Assembly: GCA_016234805.1 (NCBI GenBank)
Contig: JACRNU010000019.1
Span: forward strand, 562-64,561
Length of the DNA stretch: 64,000 bases
DNA from: Elusimicrobiota bacterium
GTDB taxonomy: Bacteria > Elusimicrobiota > Elusimicrobia > UBA1565 > UBA9628
Reading direction: 5' to 3'
Positions 9,794-20,191 of the stretch are shown here, piece by piece. The first letter of the stretch is position 1; the number at the start of each line of letters is the position of its first letter. The position numbers were made by a program, and so were the translations under genes. The notes beneath the pieces were generated by a model. It had not been told where the DNA came from, did no database searches, and worked only from the letters and a program-made list of their open reading frames with translations.

Positions 9794-12034
9794 GGACACT
9801 GGCCTGCGCCTTGGCAGTCATGCCGGCGTCCGCGGCCCTTGCCCAACAGCGGGTCGTGACCAGGACGCCGGTCCTGGCCCTGCCTGCCTCTCCGATTTCA
9901 GCCGCGGCAGGCGCGCCGACGGCCCCGGTCCTCCTAGGGAGCGCCTCAGGAAGCCCGGCCTCCTGGGTATCATTTTCACCGTCATTATCGCTCCCCGGCC
10001 TCGGCGTCCCCGGGTTACAAGCCTCAGCGGCGCCGGAGGTCCCGTCCGGGCCGGCGGCGCGCGAAGTGCGCGTCATCAGCAACGACCCGGCTTCCCTGGT
10101 CTCGGACACGGCCCGCCAGGCGAACGCGCTGCTCGAAAGGCTGGCCGGCCGGTGGCGCGGTCTGGGCGCCGGAGACGTGCCCCCCATCGAGAAGGTCTAC
10201 CTCATCCCGAAAGCGTTGGACTATCCATCCTTCTACCGACTGGCCTTCGGCCTCGACGATCCAGCGGCCGCTTTCACCGAGTGGCGCGACCGGGTCCTTC
10301 AAGCCTCGGACGCGGACCTGCTCGACGAGTTCGCGCGCTTCGCAGACCGGTTCGGGCCCGGAGAGCATCGAGGCGGAAGCCTGGTTCGCACTCACCGGGG
10401 GAGCGTTCTACATGGCGCGTGCCAGGACCCTGGTGCTCCTGCCCCGGGTCCTGTCCGCGCCAGGCGGCTTCGATCGGAGCGTCCTGGCGCACGAAGCCAC
10501 CCACCACCTCCTCGACCATCTCTGGCCCCGCAGGAGCGGCAAACCCGACGAGCACCTCGCGGTCCTCAAGGAAGCCCTCGCCGACTACGGCGCGGCCTCC
10601 TTCCTGGACGACCCCATCATCGACCGTGACGGCCCGCCGCGCGACATGTCGGCCTTCGCGTCCCTCGACGCCGGGGTCGCGCCAGCCGATGGGACGGCTC
10701 CGGCCTATCTCCAGGGCCAGCCTTTGCGCTGGCTCCTCTGGCAGTTCCGCGGCCGCGTGGGCGCGGACCGCGCGGACCGCCTGGCCTTCACTGCCCTCGC
10801 GGACCTGGCCTCCTCGGCCGAGCTCCCCGGCGCGGGCGACCCCGCGCTCCTGATCCAGGCCTATCTGGAGGCCTTCCAGCGCGGCATTTCCATATCGGAG
10901 AAGGAGAGCTTCCGCGCTCTGGCCTCCGCAATCGGAGCGCGGGTCTCGGACTCAGCCGGCAGCTCCCTCGCCGCGCTTCGGACCTCGCTCCCAGGCCTTT
11001 CCTCCCTGGCCTTGTTCGTCCCGGAAGCCTGGACCGGCGCCCCGGGCGAGCCGTCTGTCGTCGAAGGAGCCCCTTCCGGGAGCCTCGCGCCCGGCCGGTG
11101 GCTGCCCAAAAACAAGGAGCGCCTTGAGCGCCTCATTGCCGAACACGGCCGGGGCGGCACAGCCTGGGACCCGAGCCGGCCTCCCCTGGCGACCTTTGAT
11201 TGGGACAACACGGTCATCCGCAACGACATCGGCGAAGCTGTCTTCTTCCACGCCATCAGGGAGATGCGCTTCAAGTTCGAGCTCGGAGACCGCTTCTGGG
11301 ACCTGATCCCGGAGCGCTACGGCCGCGAGGAACTCCGCTCGGCCGTCGCGTCCCTGACCGGCCTGCCCCTGGAGCAGGCCAAACACACGCCGCAGTACCG
11401 CCGCTACCGGAAGCTCTTCCACCGGATGTACGAAGAGATCAAACGCGACGGAGCGTCCCTCAACATCGACTACGGCTGGCTGGTCCAGCTCATGGTCGGA
11501 TTCACGGAGCCGGAGCTTCAGGGCCTCTCCGACGAGGTCATCGCCTTGGAGACCGGGCGCCCCTTGGGAACCGAGCTGGTCTCGGAAAGCGACAACGACC
11601 CTGACCCGGTCCAGGTGCCGACCGGCATCCGTATTTACCCGGAGATGGCTGACCTTGTCTCCCGCCTTATCGCGATGGGCTGGGAGGTGCGCATCGTGAG
11701 CGCCACCGCGGAGCAGGTCGTGGCCCGATTCGCCGCCCGCCTGGGCATCCCCCTGGGCCGCGTGCATGGAGCGCGCGTCCGTCTGGCCGCGGGCGTCCTG
11801 ACCACGGAGCTCACCCAGCGCACTTGGCGCCAAGGCAAGGCGGACGTCATCCTCCGTGAAGCCGGAAGGCCGAGCGAGCTTGCGGGCGGGGACAGCAACT
11901 CCGACCGCGAGATGCTCGCGCTCTCCCGCGGGGAGAGGCTCGTCATCGACCTCGGGCGGGAACCCCTGCGCAGCGAAGCCCTCTCCCAAGGCTGGCTGCT
12001 CCAGCCCCCCTTCGTCAGGCCTTCTTCGCCCTGA
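9790..12034 (+). pseudogene. Frameshifted secreted protein: HExxH metallopeptidase-like domain fused to a HAD hydrolase
   Basis: Signal peptide and low-complexity N-terminus lie in one frame; after ~10350 the +1 frame gives AFY...HEATHHLLD...KEALADY, then DWDNT, IVSAT, GKA and GDSNSD (HAD motifs). Confidence 0.65.
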
Positions 12035-12407
12035 GACGGTCCTCGAACTCGGAGAAGCGCAGGACCCGGGCGCCCTCGGAACGCGCGTCATCGGCCAGAC
12101 CGCCGTCCTCGGTCACCACCACCGCGCCCTTGCCGGAGAAACCCTGGAGCCGCACCACGCCCATGATCATGTCATCGGCCCGGACCCCGACGGAGAAGCG
12201 CACCCGAAGGGCGGCGTAGGGACCGCCCACGGGCCTAGCCGGGCCGTCGAAGAAGACCTCGACCGTGAAGCGTCCCCCGGCGCGGGAGACGAGCCCTTCG
12301 AGCCGGTCGAGCCAATCCAGGGTGCGCTGCTCTTCAACGGCCGGGAAGCGCGGGTCGTAGTCGTGCCTGCGCACCGCGTTCGAGCCGTCGACCAGGTAAG
12401 TCCTCAC
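12015..12407 (-). CDS. NYN domain (YacP-like) ribonuclease
   Basis: YLVDGSN, VFFDG, ADD and VVTED acidic motifs. Confidence 0.8.
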   Translation of the reverse strand: MRTYLVDGSNAVRRHDYDPRFPAVEEQRTLDWLDRLEGLVSRAGGRFTVEVFFDGPARPVGGPYAALRVRFSVGVRADDMIMGVVRLQGFSGKGAVVVTEDGGLADDARSEGARVLRFSEFEDRLRAKKA

Positions 12408-12426
12408 GGTCGGACCCGGCGGGTCT

Positions 12427-14112
12427 TCACAGCCTGACGGCCCTCAGCCGGGCCACGGTCGCGTCGTGACGCTTCTTCTCAGCCGCGACCTTGTTTGCCG
12501 GGATCTCCTTGCGCTCGAGGGCCTCGGCGAAGGCTTCGTCGTCGAAAGGCCGGACCCAGCGGTACTCGTGCTCGGCCAGCCATTTGGCCGGCGCCTTGCG
12601 GCGGTCCACGATTAGGAGCGACTGCTCGTCCCAGTAGACAAGGGCCCAGCGTTCCTTCGGGAAGGTGAAGAGGTACCAGGGCCTGAGGAACTTCCTGGTA
12701 GAACCGTCGCGGTAGGCCTTGCGCGTCACGAACCAGGATCTGACGTTGCGCAGGAGCATGCCGTCGAATCCCTGCTTGTCCACGTACTCCTTGGTCTTCT
12801 CCACGGAATTGGCCGCTTCGCCGATCTCGGGCAGGTGGCCGTGGAAGATGTACCGGCCGTCGTCGAAGACCTTGTGCCAGGGGCTGAGCCTCCAGCCCAG
12901 GTACCCGCCCCATTCCCACGGGTTGTAGAGCCGCAGGCCCTCGAAGACCCGCCTTTCTTCAGCCATGAACTCCGCTGTCGCGACCGGCACATAGCGGCTG
13001 TCAAAGAAGCCCGGCCAAGAAAGCCTGGAGACCACGATCCCGAGGAAGACCGCGTAGCAGGCCGCGGCGCCGACCAGGACCCGGCCCGCCCATGGACGGC
13101 GCAGCCAGCCCGCGCCGGAAGCGATAGCCAGGGCCAGGGGCACGGCTAAAGGGATGAAGAAGGCTCCGATCCTGACGTGACGCACCGCGGTCATTCCGAG
13201 GACCGCGGCCGCAAGCACGGGGCCCGCGGGGAACTTGGCCGGGGCGTCTTTCGCCGGAACCCGGCCGCGGCCCCACAGCAGCCGGCTGACGACAACGACC
13301 AGGAAGAACGCCAGGACCACCCAGAACGGCTGATGGAACATGTTCCCGTAAGTCGTGGCGGACCACTCTTGGATGTGCCGGGACAGGTCCGCCCTGCTCC
13401 CCCAGTGCTCCGCCATCACGAGGTACGGGCCCACTCCGTTAGGGTTGACCAGGGTCCCCAGGAACGCGGCCGAAGCCAGCCCAGCCAGGCCCAGAGCCTC
13501 GGACCAGCGCCGCTCGCACGCGGCGGCCAGGCCGCAGCAGGCCACGAGCAGGAACCCGAACACCGCTCCGGAATGGAAGTTCGTCCACAGGCAGAACCCT
13601 GCGAATGCCGCGGCCAGGGCCTTGGGTCCGGCTTTTCGGCCAGCGAGCCGCAGTCGTTCCAGATAGAGGAAAAGCAGGCCGAAAGCGATGACCGAGAACT
13701 GCTCGGGCCTTAAGTCGGCTCGCGGCAGGCTCCCGGCGGACCAGGCAACGACCCCGGCCGCGACGAACGCTTCCGGCACGGCGTGGCAGCGCAGGGTCGC
13801 GACGAGGATCGCGGCTGAGACGGCCATGAGGCCGCTCTTGAGGATCCACAGCCCGGCCATGCCGGCCAGCGAATAGGCCCCGTGATAGACGACCTGGGAG
13901 AGCCACTCGAAATCGGCCCAGGGAGCGCCCTGCAAGGTGTAGGAGAGGAAATCCTCGCGCACGATCCTGCCGTGCTCGGCCATCCACCTGCCCGCGGACA
14001 AGTGCCAGAAGAGATCGGGGTTATAGAGCGGGAGCAGGAACGGCAGGCAAGACAACAGTACGGCCGCTGCCCAAAGCCGGAGCGTTTTCCCCTCGTTGAG
14101 AGGGTTCCTCAC
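12427..14112 (-). CDS. Polytopic membrane protein (possible GT-C-fold glycosyltransferase)
   Basis: PDLFWHLSAGRW, WTNFHSG, WEWGGYL and VFDDGR motifs; many TM helices. Confidence 0.6.
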   Translation of the reverse strand: MRNPLNEGKTLRLWAAAVLLSCLPFLLPLYNPDLFWHLSAGRWMAEHGRIVREDFLSYTLQGAPWADFEWLSQVVYHGAYSLAGMAGLWILKSGLMAVSAAILVATLRCHAVPEAFVAAGVVAWSAGSLPRADLRPEQFSVIAFGLLFLYLERLRLAGRKAGPKALAAAFAGFCLWTNFHSGAVFGFLLVACCGLAAACERRWSEALGLAGLASAAFLGTLVNPNGVGPYLVMAEHWGSRADLSRHIQEWSATTYGNMFHQPFWVVLAFFLVVVVSRLLWGRGRVPAKDAPAKFPAGPVLAAAVLGMTAVRHVRIGAFFIPLAVPLALAIASGAGWLRRPWAGRVLVGAAACYAVFLGIVVSRLSWPGFFDSRYVPVATAEFMAEERRVFEGLRLYNPWEWGGYLGWRLSPWHKVFDDGRYIFHGHLPEIGEAANSVEKTKEYVDKQGFDGMLLRNVRSWFVTRKAYRDGSTRKFLRPWYLFTFPKERWALVYWDEQSLLIVDRRKAPAKWLAEHEYRWVRPFDDEAFAEALERKEIPANKVAAEKKRHDATVARLRAVRL

Positions 14113-14120
14113 ATTCTGTA

Positions 14121-14315
14121 TTATCTGGAGGGACGGACCACGCGCCCCGACTTGATGCAGACGGAGCAGGCGTAGGCCGTCACGGTCCGACCGTCCAAGA
14201 CGAACTTCTGCCGCTGAAGGTTGGGGCGGAAGACGCGCTTGGTCGCGCGATGGGAGTGGCTATAGCTGAAGCCCGAGACCGGGCCTTTACCGCAGACTGC
14301 GCATTTGAATGCCAT
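14121..14315 (-). CDS. rpmB: 50S ribosomal protein L28 (Zn-ribbon form)
   Basis: CAVCGKGPVSGFSYSHSHRATKRVFRPNLQ...CSVCIKSG. Confidence 0.97.
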   Translation of the reverse strand: MAFKCAVCGKGPVSGFSYSHSHRATKRVFRPNLQRQKFVLDGRTVTAYACSVCIKSGRVVRPSR

Positions 14316-14346
14316 GATGGTTCCTGCCGGGGATTATACTAAAAGC

Positions 14347-16461
14347 ACGCCCCCTCCTCAATCAAGGGGGCGCGGCGATCTTCCCGAGACCGCCTTGAGC
14401 CGCGCCTTCCGGGGCGTGGGCCCCAAGCGGGGCCGCCAACTCGCCCTCATGGGCATCCTGACCCCTCAGGACATGCTCTACAACTTCCCGCGCGACTGGT
14501 CTGACCGCTCCTCGGGCTCGGACCTCTCCAAGGTGCCGGAGGGGCCCGTGGTCTTCCAGGGCAGGATCCTCAGCGGCCGCCTCATCCGCGCCAACCCGCG
14601 CCTGGGCATCTTCAAGGCCCGGGTGGCCACCGGGGACCGCAAGATCGACCTGGTGTGGTTCAAGCACCTCAGCTTCCGCTACGACGCCTTCGCCGCGATC
14701 AAGAAAGACGTCACCACCGGGGCCGACCTCTGGATCGTGGGCAAGGCCGAGGGCGACCTGCTGGGCGTGCGCGAAGTGCGGGTGGACGAGTACTACCTCC
14801 TGTCGGACCCGCGCAAGGCCCTGCACGTGGGCCGCATCGTGCCCGTCTACGGCCTGACCGAGGGGATCACCCAGCACCTCATGCGCGAGCTCGCGCACCA
14901 GGCCGTGTCCGCGGCTGCGGCCGTGCCGGCCGACCCCCTGCCCCCGGCCCTCCTCCACAAGCGCGGCCTGCTCTCGCTCAAGCAGGCGCTCTCCGCGGTC
15001 CACTTCCCGCGCTCCTTCGCCGAGCTCGAGGCTGCCCGGACGCGGCTCGCCTACGAGGAGCTCCTCCTGCTCGAGTTCGCGTGGATCTTCAAGCGCCGGC
15101 AGACCCGGGGCCTGGCCAAGAACTTCTCCTACGAGATCAAGCGTCACCTGCTGACACCCTTCCGCGAGGGCCTGGGCTTCGAGCTCACCCGCGCCCAGAA
15201 ACGGGTCATCAACGAGCTCTTCGAGGACCTGCGCCAGCCCTTCCCCATGACCCGGCTCCTGCAGGGAGACGTGGGCTCGGGCAAGACCGTGGTCGCCCTG
15301 TCGGCACTGCTGCTCGCGGTCGAGAACGGCTACCAAGCGGCCTTCATGGTCCCCACCGAGATCCTCGCGGACCAGCACATGACCACCCTGTCACAGTTCC
15401 TCAAGGGCCTGCCGGTCCGCTGCGCCATGCTCACCTCGCGGCTGAGCAAAGGTGACCGCGACAAGACCGTGGAGAAGATCCGCGCCGGCGAAGTCGACAT
15501 CATCGTCGGCACCCACGCGCTCCTCGAGAGCGACGTCCAGTTCCCCAAGCTCAAGTTCGCGGTCATCGATGAGCAGCACCGCTTCGGCGTGCGCCAGCGC
15601 ACGACCCTGCGCCAAAAGAGCGCGCTCCTCGACCTGCTGGTCATGACCGCGACCCCCATCCCGCGGACCCTGGCCCTGGCCCTCTACGGCGACCTCGACG
15701 TCTCCACCTTGGACGAGATGCCCCCCGACAAGACCACGGCCCAGACCTTCCACGCCCCGGAGGAAGAGTCCCTGGCCGCGGTCAAAGCCGAGGCTGCCAA
15801 GGGGCACCAGGCGTACGTGGTCTACCCCATCATCGAGGAGTCCGCCAACCTCGACCTGCAGTCGGCCAAGGCCGAGTACGAGCGCCTCCGGACCGGACCG
15901 CTCAAGGACCTTCGGGTGGCGCTTATCCACGGCGCCATGCCCGGACGGACCAAGGCCAAGATCATGGCCGAGTTCGGCAAGCGGGAGTGGGACGTGCTGG
16001 TCGCCACCCCGGTCATCGAGGTCGGAATCGACGTGCCCAATGCCACGGTCATGGTGGTGCAGAATGCGGACCGCTTCGGCATGGCCAGCCTCCACCAGCT
16101 CAGGGGCCGCATCGGCCGCGGCCGGCTCCCCTCGGTCTGCTACCTCGTGGCGGACCCCAAGACCGAGGACGCGCGCCGCAGGCTCGAGACCCTGGTCGCG
16201 ACCTGCGACGGGTTCCGCATCGGCGAGGAGGACCTCAAGATCCGCGGGCCCGGCGAGTTCATGGGCACGGCCCAGCACGGGGAGCTCACCCTCAAGATCG
16301 CGGACCTCCACCGCCACGCGGAGCTCCTGGCCCAGGCGCGCTCTGACGCGGAGGAGATGCTCAAGACCGATCCGCGCCTGCTCGCGACCGAGAACGGCCC
16401 CCTGCGGGACAGGATCCTCAGCCTCTATGGAGACACATGGAACCGCATCGACCTCGCGTGA
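14347..16461 (+). CDS. recG: ATP-dependent DNA helicase RecG
   Basis: GVGPKR, LLQGDVGSGKT, DEQHRFG, MTATPIPRT and QLRGRIGRG; start uncertain (ACG 14347 or TTG 14395). Confidence 0.95.
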   Translation, partial: TPPPQSRGRGDLPETALSRAFRGVGPKRGRQLALMGILTPQDMLYNFPRDWSDRSSGSDLSKVPEGPVVFQGRILSGRLIRANPRLGIFKARVATGDRKIDLVWFKHLSFRYDAFAAIKKDVTTGADLWIVGKAEGDLLGVREVRVDEYYLLSDPRKALHVGRIVPVYGLTEGITQHLMRELAHQAVSAAAAVPADPLPPALLHKRGLLSLKQALSAVHFPRSFAELEAARTRLAYEELLLLEFAWIFKRRQTRGLAKNFSYEIKRHLLTPFREGLGFELTRAQKRVINELFEDLRQPFPMTRLLQGDVGSGKTVVALSALLLAVENGYQAAFMVPTEILADQHMTTLSQFLKGLPVRCAMLTSRLSKGDRDKTVEKIRAGEVDIIVGTHALLESDVQFPKLKFAVIDEQHRFGVRQRTTLRQKSALLDLLVMTATPIPRTLALALYGDLDVSTLDEMPPDKTTAQTFHAPEEESLAAVKAEAAKGHQAYVVYPIIEESANLDLQSAKAEYERLRTGPLKDLRVALIHGAMPGRTKAKIMAEFGKREWDVLVATPVIEVGIDVPNATVMVVQNADRFGMASLHQLRGRIGRGRLPSVCYLVADPKTEDARRRLETLVATCDGFRIGEEDLKIRGPGEFMGTAQHGELTLKIADLHRHAELLAQARSDAEEMLKTDPRLLATENGPLRDRILSLYGDTWNRIDLA

Positions 16462-17315
16462 CCCGCTGCTTCTGTCTTTTCCTCCTCGTCAGCCTGGGGA
16501 ACCTAGTCCCTTCCAGGGCCCAGGTCGACCGGGAGACCGTCCATGTCCTGGGCTGGTCCAAGGCCTGCTCGGTGGCCGTCGAATACTTCGGGTTCCCAGG
16601 CGTGGGGGCCGGCCTCTTCAACGAGCCCATCTCCATGCAGATCGGCTCCATCGCTCTGCAAGACCCGGCGCTGAAGGCCTCCGAGGACTGGATCATCAAT
16701 GCCGAGGGCAAGGCCGTATGGGACCCGGACAAGGCGGCCAAAGCCGTGTCCAAGCTCAAGAAGACGGGGTTCGTGCTCGCGGGCTCCTCGGAGACCGTGC
16801 CGGCCGAGCCCACGGGCTGGCCCGAGATCGACGCGGTCCTGCTCACCACCCGGTCCCTCGGCGCATACTCGCCCTCGGGCTGGCCCGCCAAGGACTTCCG
16901 CCTCCATCAGATCCACTATTCCCCCATGGGCACCTGCGCGCTCCTGCTGTACCGCTGGACCGGGTCCAAGGAACGGGACTTCTTCCAGTTCCTGCTGGTC
17001 CGGACCCGCAACCCCAGGGCCAAGATCGAGCGCGCCATGGCCCACCTCGACCTGGCGATCCGCCTCTTCGACCGGGGAGACCTCGCAGGCGCGCTCGACG
17101 AGTCCGGCTTCGCGGCCCGGGCCGCGCCCAACGACGCTGAGGCGCGCTACAGGCACGCGGCCTATCTCGCCCTCTCCGGCTATTACGAAGACGCGTTCGA
17201 TGAGCTCTCCCTCTCCCTGAGGTACGAGAAGAAGAACAAGGAGCGGGCCCGCAAGGACCCGGATTTCGAGGGCCTAGCCAAGGACAAGCGCTTCAAGACC
17301 CTCACCCGGCCCTAA
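16458..17315 (+). CDS. Exported protein with C-terminal TPR repeats
   Basis: GTG overlapping the recG stop, signal peptide, terminal ARKDPDFEGL TPR-end motif. Confidence 0.65.
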   Translation: MTRCFCLFLLVSLGNLVPSRAQVDRETVHVLGWSKACSVAVEYFGFPGVGAGLFNEPISMQIGSIALQDPALKASEDWIINAEGKAVWDPDKAAKAVSKLKKTGFVLAGSSETVPAEPTGWPEIDAVLLTTRSLGAYSPSGWPAKDFRLHQIHYSPMGTCALLLYRWTGSKERDFFQFLLVRTRNPRAKIERAMAHLDLAIRLFDRGDLAGALDESGFAARAAPNDAEARYRHAAYLALSGYYEDAFDELSLSLRYEKKNKERARKDPDFEGLAKDKRFKTLTRP

Positions 17316-17324
17316 GGAGGCCCC

Positions 17325-18722
17325 ATGATCGAGCTGGTCCTGTCCCTTCCTTTATTAATCGCCGGCCCCGTCCGCGCCGCGGCCCCCGCTTCGGGGACTT
17401 CGGCACAGGCCGCGCCTCCGGCCTTGACCGCGCCGGAACTCCGGATGACCCTGGCCGAGGCCGTCTCCTCCGCCCTGGCTGACTCCCCGGCGCTCCGGGC
17501 CGCCCAGGCCGAGGAGAAGGCCGCGGCCAGCCGCGGGGAAAGCCGTTGGGGAGGGCTCTGGCCGCAGTTGAGCCTCGAATCCTCCTACAGGTTCTCCAGC
17601 GAGGTGCCGGAGCTGACCGTCGTGCCGGGCAAGACCCAGTCCCTAGGGGACCACCACAACTACTCCGTCGGCCCGTCGCTCAACTGGACCCTTTGGGACC
17701 AGGGGGCGCGCAGGCAGGCGTGGCTGTCCGCGGTCGCGGCCGCGGATGCCAGGTCCCAGGACTCCACGCTAGCGCGGCGGCAAGTCCGCTTGAAGACCCG
17801 GCTGGCGTATTTCCAGGCCCAGCTGGCCCTGGAACAGGTGCGCCTCCTGGGCGATTCGCTCAAGCTCGCCCAGTCCCAGCATGGGGATGTGGAAAAGCGG
17901 CGCGAGGCCGGGGCTTCGAGCCGGCTCGATTCCCTCCAGGCCCACCACGAGGTGCTGACCCGGCTCCGGCAGTTCCGGCAGGCCCGCTCGGACCTCGCGG
18001 CCGCCTTGCGCGATCTCTTCATGCTCACGGGCCGGGACCCGGGCTTGGACCTCTCCCTGCCCCTTGACGGCCGGATGCTCATGCCCCTGCCCGCTGACAT
18101 CGAGCCCGCCTCGGTCGCGGTCTTCCTCGACCGTCTTGACGGCTCGCTGGCCGAGCTCGCGGCCATCGAGGGCTGGACCATCGACGCCAGCCACCCGGGC
18201 GTGGCAGCCCTCCGCGACACGGCGCGCTCCGCCAAGTTCGCCGCAAATGGAACCCGGGCCGGGCTTTGGCCTCGCTTGGGCCTCTCCGCCCGCACCAGTC
18301 TCGAGTATCCCAATGGCCCGGTCCTCGAGGATTTCCACCAGAACGCGGTCGGCGTGTCCGCCAGCATGCCCCTCTTCGAGTTCGGCCGGACCCGCAGGGA
18401 GGCCGAGGGCCTCGACCGCCAGGCTCTTGCCGCGGAGGAGCGCGCCGAAGGCTCCCGCCGCGACCTCGTCCGGGATTGGCAGAAGGCCAAAGACCAGCTC
18501 CTCGGTCTCAAAGCCCAGAAGGAGCTCTGCCTCAAGGCCGCGGCCGAAGCCCACGAAGCCGCGGGCCTGACCTACGAGTCGTACAAGGCGGGCCGCGTCA
18601 CCTTCATCGAGGTGCAGACCGCCAACCTCAGGGAACTCGAGGCCCTGGTACAGACCGCGCGCACGGACGCGCAGTCCCTCGTCCAACTGGCGGCCATGGC
18701 AAGCCTGTCCGGCAAGGAGTGA
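17325..18722 (+). CDS. TolC family outer membrane efflux protein
   Basis: Signal peptide, two OEP-like repeats, YKAGRVTFIEV. Confidence 0.9.
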   Translation: MIELVLSLPLLIAGPVRAAAPASGTSAQAAPPALTAPELRMTLAEAVSSALADSPALRAAQAEEKAAASRGESRWGGLWPQLSLESSYRFSSEVPELTVVPGKTQSLGDHHNYSVGPSLNWTLWDQGARRQAWLSAVAAADARSQDSTLARRQVRLKTRLAYFQAQLALEQVRLLGDSLKLAQSQHGDVEKRREAGASSRLDSLQAHHEVLTRLRQFRQARSDLAAALRDLFMLTGRDPGLDLSLPLDGRMLMPLPADIEPASVAVFLDRLDGSLAELAAIEGWTIDASHPGVAALRDTARSAKFAANGTRAGLWPRLGLSARTSLEYPNGPVLEDFHQNAVGVSASMPLFEFGRTRREAEGLDRQALAAEERAEGSRRDLVRDWQKAKDQLLGLKAQKELCLKAAAEAHEAAGLTYESYKAGRVTFIEVQTANLRELEALVQTARTDAQSLVQLAAMASLSGKE

Positions 18723-18726
18723 CCCC

Positions 18727-19449
18727 ATGAAGCTCATCCGAGTCCTCATCCCCGTCATGATCGCGGCCGCGGCGCTCTCGGCCTGGACCCTCCTGCGGAG
18801 GGGAGAGTTCCTCTACGCCGGCACGGTCGAGGCCACGGAGGTGGACATCTCCTCGCGCCTGATTTCCACGATCGCCTCCTTCGACGCCAGGGAGGGCCGG
18901 CCGGTCAAGGCCGGGGAAGTCATGGTGCGTCTTACCTGCGAAGAGATCCGCCTCGCCGCGGATATCGCGGACCGGGATTTCAAGCGCGCCCAGAAGCTGC
19001 GCGACGGCGCCATGACCGAGGAGGCCTACGACCGCCTGCGCTACAAGCGCGACGACGCCCAGGTACGGCTCGACTGGTGCGTTGTCAAGGCGCCCGCGGA
19101 CGCCACGGTCCTGTCCGTCTATCACGAGACAGGGGAAGCCGTCTCTCCAGGCACGAAGCTGCTGACCCTCGCGGCCTTGAGCGAGGTCTGGGCCTATGTC
19201 TACGTGCCCCAGCCCCTGCTCGCCAAACTATCGCTCGACATGGAGGTCCAAGGGACCATCCCGGAGATGAAGGGCAAGGTCTTCACCGGAAGGGTCAGCC
19301 GCATCAGCGACGAGGCCGAGTTCACCCCGAAGAACGTCCAGACCCGTTCGGAGCGCACCCGGCTGGTCTTCGGGGTGAAGGTCTCCTTCCCCAACCCGGA
19401 CCGGGTCCTCAAGCCTGGCATGACCATCGAGGTCCATCTGCCCGAATAG
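18727..19449 (+). CDS. HlyD/YbhG-type periplasmic adaptor
   Basis: GTVEATEV, AEFTPKNVQT and LKPGM motifs. Confidence 0.9.
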   Translation: MKLIRVLIPVMIAAAALSAWTLLRRGEFLYAGTVEATEVDISSRLISTIASFDAREGRPVKAGEVMVRLTCEEIRLAADIADRDFKRAQKLRDGAMTEEAYDRLRYKRDDAQVRLDWCVVKAPADATVLSVYHETGEAVSPGTKLLTLAALSEVWAYVYVPQPLLAKLSLDMEVQGTIPEMKGKVFTGRVSRISDEAEFTPKNVQTRSERTRLVFGVKVSFPNPDRVLKPGMTIEVHLPE

Positions 19450-19456
19450 GCGCCCC

Positions 19457-20191
19457 ATGGCCGCCATCGGAATCTCGGCAGCGAGTATCTCCAAGAGGCT
19501 GGGCAGGGTCCAGGCTCTCGACGGGGTGTCCCTGGAGTTCGCGGCCGGGACCATCAACGGCCTCATCGGCCCGGACGGAGCAGGGAAAACGACCCTGATG
19601 CGGGTCCTGGCAGGATTGCTGAGGCCCGATTCCGGGACCGTTTCCTGCTCCGCTGACGGCGTTGCGACCCCGTTCTCCGAGGTCCGGCCCGCTCTTGCCT
19701 ACATGCCCCAGGCAGCCAGCCTCTACCCCGACCTTTCAGTGCAGGAGCATCTGGATTTCTTCCGGGACCTCTACAGCCTGCCCGAGGCCGTGTACCGGCC
19801 CAGGGCCTCGGAGCTCCTGGCCATCACCAGGCTCGAACCGTTCCGCGACCGGAGGGCATCCCAGCTCTCCGGCGGCATGTACAAGAAGCTGGGCCTCATG
19901 TGCAGCCTCCTGCGTTCGCCGAGCGCCCTCCTCCTGGACGAACCGACCAACGGGGTGGACCCCATCAGCAGGCGCGAGTTCTGGGACCTCCTCTACCGCC
20001 TCGCCGGGCAGAGGATCCTGGTCGTCATCGCCACGGCCTACATGGACGAGGCCGAGCGCTGCTCTCGGGTGCACCTGCTGGACCGAGGCCGCGTGCTGTC
20101 ATCGGGAGAGCCCCGGCAGCTCCTCGCCGCTGAAGGCACGGCCGGATTCGACGAGGTCTTCATCCGCCGCGCTCGGCAGGAGGCCGCATGA
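19457..20191 (+). CDS. ABC transporter ATP-binding protein
   Basis: GPDGAGKTT, LSGGM and LLDEPT. Confidence 0.93.
   Translation: MAAIGISAASISKRLGRVQALDGVSLEFAAGTINGLIGPDGAGKTTLMRVLAGLLRPDSGTVSCSADGVATPFSEVRPALAYMPQAASLYPDLSVQEHLDFFRDLYSLPEAVYRPRASELLAITRLEPFRDRRASQLSGGMYKKLGLMCSLLRSPSALLLDEPTNGVDPISRREFWDLLYRLAGQRILVVIATAYMDEAERCSRVHLLDRGRVLSSGEPRQLLAAEGTAGFDEVFIRRARQEAA

Noticed and set aside
14305..14346. recG starting at 14305 and overlapping the rpmB start
   Set aside because: Head-to-head overlap with rpmB leaves no promoter space, and a -10 box lies inside this stretch
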